64,000 bases of DNA, taken from assembly GCA_965369625.1 (NCBI GenBank), contig CBDUQW010000004.1:5391-69390 (forward strand). The letters are read 5' to 3'. This document shows positions 54,477 through 62,702 of this stretch, in pieces. The DNA comes from an uncultured Thermoplasmata archaeon. Its GTDB lineage: Archaea > Thermoplasmatota > DTKX01 > GCA-020343715. The stretch's first letter is position 1, and the number at the start of each line of letters is the position of its first letter. The notes beneath the pieces are model-generated. The model made no database searches. It was not told where the DNA came from and saw only the letters and a list, made by a program, of their open reading frames with translations. A program made the translations under genes and the position numbers.

Positions 54477-54897
54477 CTCCCTCTGAGCTGAGCTTGATGA
54501 GATTATCCCGCATGATGGCGATCTGCCTCTCGTCGGCCATGTACTGGACCGAGTTGAGGATGTCGTCGATGAGCTCCCGGGTCAGCTGGCGGCGGTTCAG
54601 CGTCTCCAGGAAGGTCCCGTGCTTGACGCATTTCTGGGACAGCATCCTTACGGCGACGTCGTGGGGTATGACCCTCTCCATCTCCTGGACCACCCTCTGG
54701 GCCAGGGGGTTGCTGTTGACATCCCTCGAGGAGGCCTGGGTCCCGTTGACGCCCTGGGCCTCGCGGGCCAGCTTCTCCTGGAGGGCCTCGGTCACGATCT
54801 CCCTGATGGTCCTGTCGGTATCCAGAGCATATTGCTTCAGCCGCCTGAAGAGGGCCAGGTCCAGATCGATGGTGGTCTTCTTGACAGCACGTCCCAT
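54469..54897 (-). CDS. Ribbon-helix-helix (CopG/MetJ-like) DNA-binding protein with a C-terminal domain of unknown function
   Basis: Start MGRAVKKTTIDLDLALFRRLKQYALDTDRTIREIVTEALQEKLA at 54897 (the upstream part of ORF ..55302 is rejected). Overlaps the KaiC-like start by 8 nt. Confidence 0.55.
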   Translation of the reverse strand: MGRAVKKTTIDLDLALFRRLKQYALDTDRTIREIVTEALQEKLAREAQGVNGTQASSRDVNSNPLAQRVVQEMERVIPHDVAVRMLSQKCVKHGTFLETLNRRQLTRELIDDILNSVQYMADERQIAIMRDNLIKLSSEGGA

Positions 54898-54973
54898 GGG
54901 AATCGACGATATGATTACCGCCCAGATATAAATAAATATTGGCATGGCCCTTATTCCTGGTAATCTGTGAAAA

Positions 54974-55630
54974 TCACCGTCCGGGAAAAACGCTGGCTCC
55001 CTTGCCGGTCTGACACACATCGGTGAGGGGGCACCCATGGCATACGGGCCTTTTTCGGCAGAATCCCTTGGCCAGTTCCACAAGGGCGGCGTGGAAGTTG
55101 TTGTAAAGGTCGACATCGACGGGAACGTCGGCCGTGAACCAGGCGGCCACGTCGTCGTACGCGGTGCCTGGCCTGATGCCCACGCGCTCCAGGATCCTCC
55201 TTGTGTAGGCATCCACCACGAAGGCCGGGCCCTTGGCGGCATAGAGGATGATGCTGTCCGCCGTCTCCGGCCCGATGCCCTTGACCGAGAGCAGGTCCTC
55301 ACGAAGCTCGTCCACGGGTCTGGCCAGGAAGGCTTCCAGGGAGCCTTGGGGAGAGGTCTGGACCAGGGTAAAGAGGGCCCGGAGGCGTCGGGCCTTCTGA
55401 CGGTAGGTCCCCGAGGGGCGGATCAGGGCCTCCAGCTCCTCGAGGGACAGGGTCACGAGGGCGTCCACGGTGTCTATCCCCGCCCCATCCAGCTGGGAGA
55501 TGGCCAGCTCCACGTTGCGCCAGGCCGTCCTCTGGGTCAGCACGGCTCCCACCATCACCTGGAACGGGCCCTTGGCGGGCCACCAGTCGAGCTCGCCGTA
55601 GTGCTCGTGGAGCCTCCTGTACATGTCCAT
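54974..55630 (-). CDS. Endonuclease III-like HhH-GPD DNA glycosylase with a [4Fe-4S] cluster
   Basis: ...LTQRTAWRNVELAISQL...LLSVKGIGPETADSIILYA...CRKRPVCHGCPLTDVC. Confidence 0.75.
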   Translation of the reverse strand: MDMYRRLHEHYGELDWWPAKGPFQVMVGAVLTQRTAWRNVELAISQLDGAGIDTVDALVTLSLEELEALIRPSGTYRQKARRLRALFTLVQTSPQGSLEAFLARPVDELREDLLSVKGIGPETADSIILYAAKGPAFVVDAYTRRILERVGIRPGTAYDDVAAWFTADVPVDVDLYNNFHAALVELAKGFCRKRPVCHGCPLTDVCQTGKGASVFPGR

Positions 55631-55702
55631 CGGGGATGGAGAGAGGGATGATGGAGAGAGGGATCCTCCGGTATACCTGGCCGACATCTCGAAAGGATAA
55701 TA

Positions 55703-56104
55703 ATGCCTGAGGGTATTACCCTTTTGATGGCCAAGCTCCGGTACTTCCTTCACGAGAACAAGCTGATACTGGCCAGCATAGTTCTCCTCCTCAGCGTGTC
55801 GATAATGGTACTATCCGTCATCGGCATCCCGGACGAGGATGGGAACGAGGGGACGGGTCCGTTGTCATTCCTGAGGGGCATCAACATCATCATCTTCGGC
55901 CTGTCGTTCATCGTGGCCATCGTCATGGGTTACATCGTATACAAGTACATCTCCGACAAGAACAAGTTCGATGCCCTGATGAGGACCAATTCACAGGCCA
56001 TATTCCGTCGCAACCAGATCGATATAGAGCGTTACGCCCTCCGCCTGACGAGCAAGGAGGAGAAGCGGGTCCTAGAAGCGATGAGGAAGTACAAGATCAA
56101 ATGA
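55703..56104 (+). CDS. Small hypothetical membrane protein encoded in a locally low-GC stretch
   Basis: 3 TM segments (LILASIVLLLSVSIMVLSVIGI; IIIFGLSFIVAIVMGYIVY). AT-rich codon usage unlike its neighbours. Confidence 0.35.
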   Translation: MPEGITLLMAKLRYFLHENKLILASIVLLLSVSIMVLSVIGIPDEDGNEGTGPLSFLRGINIIIFGLSFIVAIVMGYIVYKYISDKNKFDALMRTNSQAIFRRNQIDIERYALRLTSKEEKRVLEAMRKYKIK

Positions 56105-56291
56105 GGTCACGATAGGGGTAAAGTACGACCCTTTCCATTTTCTCAATTGCACGAGAGACCCCCCTTCATTTCCTATGGAAGACCAGATCGCATATCCGTT
56201 GATATATTCATATAATCATAATAAAAATGCATAGATGACTGTATATATCTTTTATGATATATATACTTTATCTACTATAAACGATACGATT
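56105..56291. other. AT-rich island (candidate DNA-unwinding element / intergenic spacer)
   Basis: 'gatatattcatataatcataataaaaatgcatagatgactgtatatatcttttatgatatatatactttatctactataaacgatacg' is far below the window's GC level. Adjacent ORB-like element at 56158-56181. Confidence 0.4.
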
Positions 56292-57638
56292 CTATTCTTC
56301 AATCAGATTGACGGTAACACCGCTCAATGATACGATATTATCTTTTATCCTGTTCATGTAGTCACGGTCAATCGCGAATATGACGGTCCCCTCGTCCCTC
56401 CTCGACAGGTCCAGGTAGACGGCCCTCTCACGGATAAGTCCTATGAGATTCCTCATATCATCGTTCAGCTCGATCTCGAGGATGAAAACGTCGATGTCAC
56501 CCTGCAGCTCAAGTTCAACGAGCTGGATGTCCTCCAGGTTCTGCAAGATGGTATGGAACATCGACCTGCGCATGGCCTCCCTGCGCTTGGGTCGGGTGAC
56601 GTTGAGCTGCACGGGAGTCCACGGGCCCAGTATCATGCCCGAGGCCTGGAGGGACGCCACCTTGGAGCGGAGCTCGCTGGGATAGATCAGGTCCACCTTG
56701 TTGAGCAGGAATAGGATGGGCGGTGCCTCGCCTTCCCGCTTGATGATCTCGAGAGAGGTCCTCACCTTCCGCTCCACCACCTCCAGAGGCTCGCTGATAT
56801 CGATGACCAGGATGACCAGGTCGGCCGAGTAGACCTCCTCGAGCGTTGACTCGAAGGCCTCTATGAGCCATGGTGGCAGGTCCTCGATGAAACCGACGGT
56901 ATCATTGATGAGGACCCTGCTCTCGACCCCCTCCACCGTCCTCGATAGGGGGCTCAGGGTGGAGAAGTAGCGGCTGTCCACCTCGGCCCCCGCCTCCGTC
57001 AGCATGTTGAGGGCGGAGGTCTTGCCCGCGTTGGTATAGCCCGCGATGCTGACGGTGACGAAGGACCGCCGCCGACGGTGCTTGCGTCGGACGGAGCGCA
57101 CCCTCTTCACATCGTCCAGCTCCCGCTGTATCCGGGCCATCCGCTGCCGTATCTCGCGGAGGTACTGGTGGGTTCCCACCTCTCCCCCGCCCAGCAGTCC
57201 GGGGTGCTCTCCCTTCTTGAGCAGGTTGATGGTCTCCTTGATCAGGGGGACCCTGTGGCGGAGGGTGGCCAGCTCGACCTGGAGCTTGGCCTCCACGCTC
57301 CTTGCCCTCCTGGTGAAGATCTCCAGTATCAGGCGCACCCTGTCATGGACATCGACCCCGACCCGGGACTGGAGGTTGTGGACCTGCGACGGCTTCAGCT
57401 CGTTGTCCACGACCACCAGGTCCGCGCCCGTCTCCTCGACCAGGTCCCGGACCTCGTCGGCCTTCCCTCGACCGAGGTACGTCCGGGGGTCGGGATGGTC
57501 CCTCCTCTGCACCACCGTATCGAGGAGCTCGAAGCCCAGCGAATCGATGAGGGCGGTGATCTCGGAGACATCCTTCCGGATGGAGAGGATCAAGCACCTT
57601 CGCACCGCGTCCGGGTCCGCACCCCCGAGGTCGACCAT
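56292..57638 (-). CDS. hflX: GTPase HflX
   Basis: HflX N-terminal domain (RCLILSIRKD...DLVVVDNELKPSQVHNLQ). G1 SIAGYTNAGKTSALN. G3 DTVGF. ORF track start 57698 is a GTG; ATG 57638 preferred. Confidence 0.85.
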   Translation of the reverse strand: MVDLGGADPDAVRRCLILSIRKDVSEITALIDSLGFELLDTVVQRRDHPDPRTYLGRGKADEVRDLVEETGADLVVVDNELKPSQVHNLQSRVGVDVHDRVRLILEIFTRRARSVEAKLQVELATLRHRVPLIKETINLLKKGEHPGLLGGGEVGTHQYLREIRQRMARIQRELDDVKRVRSVRRKHRRRRSFVTVSIAGYTNAGKTSALNMLTEAGAEVDSRYFSTLSPLSRTVEGVESRVLINDTVGFIEDLPPWLIEAFESTLEEVYSADLVILVIDISEPLEVVERKVRTSLEIIKREGEAPPILFLLNKVDLIYPSELRSKVASLQASGMILGPWTPVQLNVTRPKRREAMRRSMFHTILQNLEDIQLVELELQGDIDVFILEIELNDDMRNLIGLIRERAVYLDLSRRDEGTVIFAIDRDYMNRIKDNIVSLSGVTVNLIEE

Positions 57639-57710
57639 CGAAAGGTCCAAGTACCTCAGGCCCAAAATACCCTGCGGCCCCGACCCGAAGGATGGCACGG
57701 GGCAAGGTGC

Positions 57711-57846
57711 CTTTCCACACGAAAAAGAGGGGTCCCCCTCCCCCCTCGAGGTGCGGGGGAGAATCTATTTCTACCGGGGGGAGCATACACCCTATTCCCG
57801 ACCCCTGCGACATCCCAAGCGGGCATTTCCATAGGAAGTCTAGGGG
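57711..57846 (+). promoter_or_regulatory. Two ORB-like (origin recognition box) elements upstream of orc1
   Basis: TTTCCACACGAAAAAGAGGGG (57711-57731) and TTTCCATAGGAAGTCTAGGGG (57826-57846). The reverse complement of 56158-56181 (TTCCATAGGAAATGAAGGGGGG) nearly matches the second. Confidence 0.4.
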
Positions 57847-57878
57847 TACTGGGGGAGGAAGGAGGAGACCGAGGTCGC

Positions 57879-59138
57879 ATGAACGAGGAGAGCACCAGCC
57901 TTTTCGACAAGTACACCGACATCCGGCCCATCTTCAAGAAGGACCGGGACATCCTGCGGCCCTCGTACATACCCGAGAACCTGCCTCACAGGCGCAAGCA
58001 GATCGAGGCCCTCGCCTCCATCCTCGCGACGGCCCTGCAGGGCAGTCGTCCGTCCAACATCCTCATCTTCGGGAAGACGGGAACGGGCAAGACCGCGGTG
58101 ATGAAGTACCTCGGGAAGGAGATCAAGGCGGCCCATACGACCCACGAGGGCCGGTTCTCCGCTGTCAACTTCATCTACATCAACTGCGAGATAGTCGACA
58201 CCCAATACGGGGTCCTAGCCCACGTGGGCAACTACTTCATACAGGACTGGGACGAGCGCATCCCCTTCACGGGATGGTCCACCGAGAAGGTGTACAACCA
58301 GCTCCGGGAGCAGATAGACGCCCGGGAGGAGGTCACCCTCATCGTCCTGGACGAGATCGACAAGCTGGTGTACAAGAGCGGCGACGACGTGCTGTTCCAC
58401 CTCTCCGAGATCAACGATGACCTCCACCAGGGCAAGCTGAGCATCGTCGGCATCTCCAACGACCTGAAGTTCACCGAGTTCCTGGACACCAGGGTCCGCT
58501 CCCGGCTGGGGGAGGAGCGCATGGTGTTCCCGCCCTACAACGCCAACCAGCTGCAGGACATCCTGCGGCAGCGGGCCGAGCTGGGGCTCTGTGATGACGC
58601 CATCGACCCGGGGGTGATCTCCCTGTGCGCAGCGCTGGCGGCCCAGGAGCACGGCGATGCCCGGCGCGCCCTGGACCTGATGCGCGTCTCGGCGGAGCTG
58701 GCGGAGCGGGACCACGCGCCCCGGGTGACCGAGCACTTCGTCCACAAGGCCGTCAACAAGCTGGAGCTGGACGCCGTGGAGGAGGTGGTCACCACCCTCC
58801 CCACCCATTCCAAGCTGGTGCTCCTCAGCATCCTCATCAACGAGCGGGAGGGCAGCCTGTACTCGACCACGGGAGAGGTGTACGACACGTACCGAGAGCT
58901 GTGCCGGCAGCACGGCATGAACCACCTCACCCAGCGTCGCGTCACCGACCTGATCTCCGAGCTGGACATGCTGGGCATCATCAACGCGCGCCTCAAGTCC
59001 TTCGGCAGGGGCGGCCGCACCAGGGAGATCTCCCTGGCCGTCTCGCTGTACGAGATCGCGGAGGTGCTCCGGCAGGACGACCAGATCAAGGACCTGATAG
59101 ATTCCCGCCCGCACCAGAACCAGACCAAGCTCCTGTAG
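57879..59138 (+). CDS. orc1: Orc1/Cdc6 replication initiator
   Basis: MNEESTSLFDKYTDIRPIFKKDRDILRPSYIPENLPHRRKQIEAL...ILIFGKTGTGKTAV...LIVLDEIDKL, with a C-terminal winged helix. Confidence 0.9.
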   Translation: MNEESTSLFDKYTDIRPIFKKDRDILRPSYIPENLPHRRKQIEALASILATALQGSRPSNILIFGKTGTGKTAVMKYLGKEIKAAHTTHEGRFSAVNFIYINCEIVDTQYGVLAHVGNYFIQDWDERIPFTGWSTEKVYNQLREQIDAREEVTLIVLDEIDKLVYKSGDDVLFHLSEINDDLHQGKLSIVGISNDLKFTEFLDTRVRSRLGEERMVFPPYNANQLQDILRQRAELGLCDDAIDPGVISLCAALAAQEHGDARRALDLMRVSAELAERDHAPRVTEHFVHKAVNKLELDAVEEVVTTLPTHSKLVLLSILINEREGSLYSTTGEVYDTYRELCRQHGMNHLTQRRVTDLISELDMLGIINARLKSFGRGGRTREISLAVSLYEIAEVLRQDDQIKDLIDSRPHQNQTKLL

Positions 59139-59180
59139 TCCCCGAGCTGCTCTGCAGTGATGGGATGGCGCTCGCACCCC

Positions 59181-60161
59181 TCATTCCCTTTTGAACGCAC
59201 CCTTCACCATCGCGAAGAAGGAACCGTCGTCCTCCTCCTCGAGCTCCGCATCGCGTCCCTTGCGACGCCGCTTGCGGCGCTTGTCATCCTCCACGGCCTC
59301 CTTCTCCTCCTTGGGCCGGAGGTTCCTGTACTCTATGTACACGGATTCGGTGAGGAACGGCGCCACCAGCAGCAGCACCACCGAGACTATGAGGTTGGGG
59401 CCGCTGTTCTCGGGGGGCGGATGCATCTCGGTCTGTCCCCGGGCCCACAGCTTGATGAGGCCGAACCAGGGGATCTCCCCCCGGGCGACCCCGACGATCC
59501 ACACGTCCTCCACGGGCTCCACGAGCCTCGAGACACCGGGCGGGGGCGCCCCCGGTCCGGTCCAGGCGGGAAGGCTGTACTGGTCCACCTCCCGGTTGTG
59601 GTCGCCCTTGGTGATGATGCCGTCGTGGGGGTCGACGGCCTGGTTGCGTTGGAAGTTGTTGAGGATGACGGTGATGTTGATGACCAGGTCGAGCTGCTCG
59701 GCCTCGCCGTTGTGGTAGCTGGTGAAGTCGGGGATCTCGAAGGACCGCTTCTCGTTCCAGATGTTGTCCATCGAGGGGACGTCGTAACCGCCTCCCGTCT
59801 CGTTGTACTCTATCCTGACGATGGCGCGGTGGATGATGGGGGTCGTCTGGGTCAGGCCGTTCTTGTAGTAGATGATCACGTCCCCGAACTCGTTGTACGT
59901 CTCGTAGCCTGTCTCCCTGCCCTCGACCCAGGTGACCACGGGCCCGGACCTCTCCAGGACCCTGACGAGGGTCAGGTCACCGGTGTCGATGACGCTGATG
60001 TAGGAGAGGGTGTCGGAGTGCTGCATGCTCTCCGACTCCACCACCACCATCGGGGGCCACCGGCCGCCGTAGGCGTACAGGGCACCCAGCACTATGGCGA
60101 CCACGATGAGGGCCACCACTATGTCCTGTACCAGTGCAACGGCCTCGCTCTTCTTGCCCAT
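59181..60161 (-). CDS. Signal peptidase I (archaeal/ER Sec11-type S26) with a C-terminal TM and a K/R/E-rich tail
   Basis: N-terminal TM, VVESESMQHSDTLSYISVIDTGD (Ser box), GDHN box, second TM IVSVVLLLVAPFL. Confidence 0.7.
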   Translation of the reverse strand: MGKKSEAVALVQDIVVALIVVAIVLGALYAYGGRWPPMVVVESESMQHSDTLSYISVIDTGDLTLVRVLERSGPVVTWVEGRETGYETYNEFGDVIIYYKNGLTQTTPIIHRAIVRIEYNETGGGYDVPSMDNIWNEKRSFEIPDFTSYHNGEAEQLDLVINITVILNNFQRNQAVDPHDGIITKGDHNREVDQYSLPAWTGPGAPPPGVSRLVEPVEDVWIVGVARGEIPWFGLIKLWARGQTEMHPPPENSGPNLIVSVVLLLVAPFLTESVYIEYRNLRPKEEKEAVEDDKRRKRRRKGRDAELEEEDDGSFFAMVKGAFKRE

Positions 60162-60318
60162 CGGCTCACCGGGTCGTGCCCGGGTGATGGGCCCGGTGCG
60201 TTATTAAGATGTGGTGTCGGGGCGACCCGGGGTGAACGGGGACTGGCCAGCACCCGGTCCGTCAGCATCGGAGGCGGTCGGGAAAACCCTTATTAACGGA
60301 CTTCCCCTTCCTCGCGCG

Positions 60319-60780
60319 ATGACCGACGAGAGGATGGGCCTCGACGAGTACTTCATGAAGGTGGCGCACCTGGTCAGCGAGCGGTCCACCTGTCTCAGGC
60401 GACCCGTTGGGGCCATCGTCGTCAAGAACAAGCGCATCCTCACCACGGGCTACAACGGCGCCCCCCGCAACCTGCGCCACTGCAAGGAGGTGGGCTGCCT
60501 CCGCGATCAGATGAACGTCAACTCGGGGGAGCGCCACGAGCTCTGCCGGGGCGTCCACGCCGAGCAGAACGCCATCATACAGAGCGCCGTGTTCGGGGTC
60601 TCCGTCGAGGGCGGAACGATCTACACCACCACCTTCCCCTGCGTGATGTGCTCCAAGCTGATCATCAACGCTGGCCTGGTCGAGATCGTGTACGACAATG
60701 GTTACCCGGACGAGCTGTCCAGGGAGCTCCTGGAGGAGAGCGGCATCCTCCTCCGGCAGTACTCCCTCCCGGAGGGATGA
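60319..60780 (+). CDS. dCMP deaminase (ComEB-like)
   Basis: Start [25 protein letters not shown] at 60319. HAEQNAI and PCVMCSKLI zinc-binding motifs. TATA-like 'cttattaa' ~25 bp upstream. Confidence 0.85.
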   Translation: MTDERMGLDEYFMKVAHLVSERSTCLRRPVGAIVVKNKRILTTGYNGAPRNLRHCKEVGCLRDQMNVNSGERHELCRGVHAEQNAIIQSAVFGVSVEGGTIYTTTFPCVMCSKLIINAGLVEIVYDNGYPDELSRELLEESGILLRQYSLPEG

Positions 60781-60865
60781 GGGCCGGCAAACCCCCCCGA
60801 CGTGTCTAACTCGCAGTGACGATAATGGCAAGCTATAATTATTAAGGAGAAATTTGGATACCCCG

Positions 60866-61660
60866 ATGTCCTTACCTGAAGGCCGTTGGAGCTGGGTGGA
60901 GGTCGAAGACGAAGGTGCCATCATGGAGGAGGTATCATCCTTCAAGACAGTCGAGGACTGGGAGAGCGACGCCACCATCGCCCTGACCCGTGGCGACGTC
61001 TTCGGCGCCCTTCGCATCTACGAGGAGATACTCAAGGTCTACCCGCAGTACCTGAAGGCATGGTACAACCGCGCCGTCATCTTGGAGCAGTTCGTCAACG
61101 ACAAGCCCCAGGCCCTCTGGTGCTACGAACAGGCCCTCCAGATAGACCCCAACCACATCGACATCCTCCACAACAAGGGCAAGCTCCTCGCCGACATGGA
61201 GAGGTACGACGAGGCCGAGAGGGCCTTCATCCGCGCCCTCCAGGTCAGGCCCAACTACCTCAAGTCCCTCATGGGACTGGCGGCCGTCTACGTCAACAAC
61301 GACAAGTTCGACGAGGCGCTGCGCGCCATCTCCCTCGCCGAGAAGCACAAGCTGACGAAGGCGCAGAAGGCCGACCTTCTGGCCCTGCGCGCCATCACCC
61401 TGAGCAACATGGGCAAGAGCAAGCCGTCGATCAAGGTGGCCAAGAAGGCCCTCGCCCTCAATCCCAAGGATGACTCCCTCTGGGAGACCATGGGCGTGGC
61501 CTACTACAACACGAACAAGTTCAAGGAGGCCATCCGGTGCCTCAACAAGGCCATCGAGATGAACCCCGAGAACATGTCAGCCCGCTCGATGAAGCAGGAC
61601 ATCCTCGACAACCTGGCCGACGCCGGGATCCTGGTCTACGATTCCGAGCCAGGGTTCTGA
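60866..61660 (+). CDS. TPR-repeat protein
   Basis: At least 6 34-aa TPR units (AWYNRAVILEQ..., ALWCYEQALQIDP..., etc.). AAGGAG 16 nt upstream of ATG 60866; ORF track shows TTG 60854. Confidence 0.7.
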   Translation: MSLPEGRWSWVEVEDEGAIMEEVSSFKTVEDWESDATIALTRGDVFGALRIYEEILKVYPQYLKAWYNRAVILEQFVNDKPQALWCYEQALQIDPNHIDILHNKGKLLADMERYDEAERAFIRALQVRPNYLKSLMGLAAVYVNNDKFDEALRAISLAEKHKLTKAQKADLLALRAITLSNMGKSKPSIKVAKKALALNPKDDSLWETMGVAYYNTNKFKEAIRCLNKAIEMNPENMSARSMKQDILDNLADAGILVYDSEPGF

Positions 61661-61734
61661 CCCCCGCCATGGGAGAGATTTGACGTTTCCACAAGGACCC
61701 AGCATGGATGCTGTTGGAATGACGTACCTACGGG

Positions 61735-62409
61735 TCACCAGTCATCCTCGTCGGGATCCCCGTCATCGTCCTCCGCCAGGAAGTCCCCCCATTCGGGGGG
61801 CCCAGCGCCGTCGTGGCCCAGGGCGACCACGTAGAGCTCGGAGCTGGCCTTGCGGGTCGCATCGGGCCTGAATCGCTTGACCCGGGAGAAGCGGGTCTTG
61901 ATATGGTTGACGAAGGTCCCCATGTCGCCGCCCTCGAACGCCTTGACCACCAGGTGCCCCCCCTCCTCGAGCAGGGGAAGCCCGAAGTCGACGGCGAGCT
62001 TCGAGAGCTGCATCGAGCGGTAGTGGTCGAGACCGTAGTTGCCCGAGATGTTGGGCGACATGTCGGAGAGCACCGCCCGGGCTGGCCTTCTCATGAGGCA
62101 GGCCCTGGCGGCGGCCTGGGCGGTCTCGTGGGTCATGTCCCCGCGGATGAAGGCAAGGCCCGGGATCGGGTCCATGTGGTCCAGGTCCACGCCCACCACC
62201 AGGCCCTTGGGTCCGACCACGTTCACTGCCACCTGGCTCCAACCGCCAGGTGCGCAGCCCAGGTCGAGCACCACGTCGTTGGAGTGGATGACCCGGAAGC
62301 GCTTGTTGATCTGCAGCAGCTTGTAGGCCGCGCGGCTGCGGTAGTTCTCCTTCTTCGCGCGCCTTGTATAGGGGTCCCTTCGGTGCTCATCTACCCATCT
62401 GTCACCCAT
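61735..62409 (-). CDS. rlmE: 23S rRNA (uridine-2'-O)-methyltransferase RlmE/FtsJ
   Basis: ...YRSRAAYKLLQINKRF...VVLDLGCAPGGWSQV...DVVLSDMSPNISG... TATA-like 'ttctataaata' ~25 bp upstream at 62430-62441. Confidence 0.85.
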   Translation of the reverse strand: MGDRWVDEHRRDPYTRRAKKENYRSRAAYKLLQINKRFRVIHSNDVVLDLGCAPGGWSQVAVNVVGPKGLVVGVDLDHMDPIPGLAFIRGDMTHETAQAAARACLMRRPARAVLSDMSPNISGNYGLDHYRSMQLSKLAVDFGLPLLEEGGHLVVKAFEGGDMGTFVNHIKTRFSRVKRFRPDATRKASSELYVVALGHDGAGPPEWGDFLAEDDDGDPDEDDW

Positions 62410-62702
62410 CGGAACACCTCTAAGTGGAGCCTTCTATAAATACGATACGTCGAGGAGGGCCCTCGACCTGATATAAGAATTTTTCGTCACACGACACCAT
62501 GATTCAGGCCCCTGAATCTCATGACCTCGTGGGACGGTACGTTCACCAAACGGTGAACAATGCCCGAATTGCGACATTTCAACAGGAATCCCTCCACTTT
62601 CTTGAGAATCCGAATTCTTAACCCTGCCAACGATACCTTTTTATATCCTCAGCGGGGTCTGAGAGGATAACCGGAGGGATAGCTACGAGACCCAGATACG
62701 TA

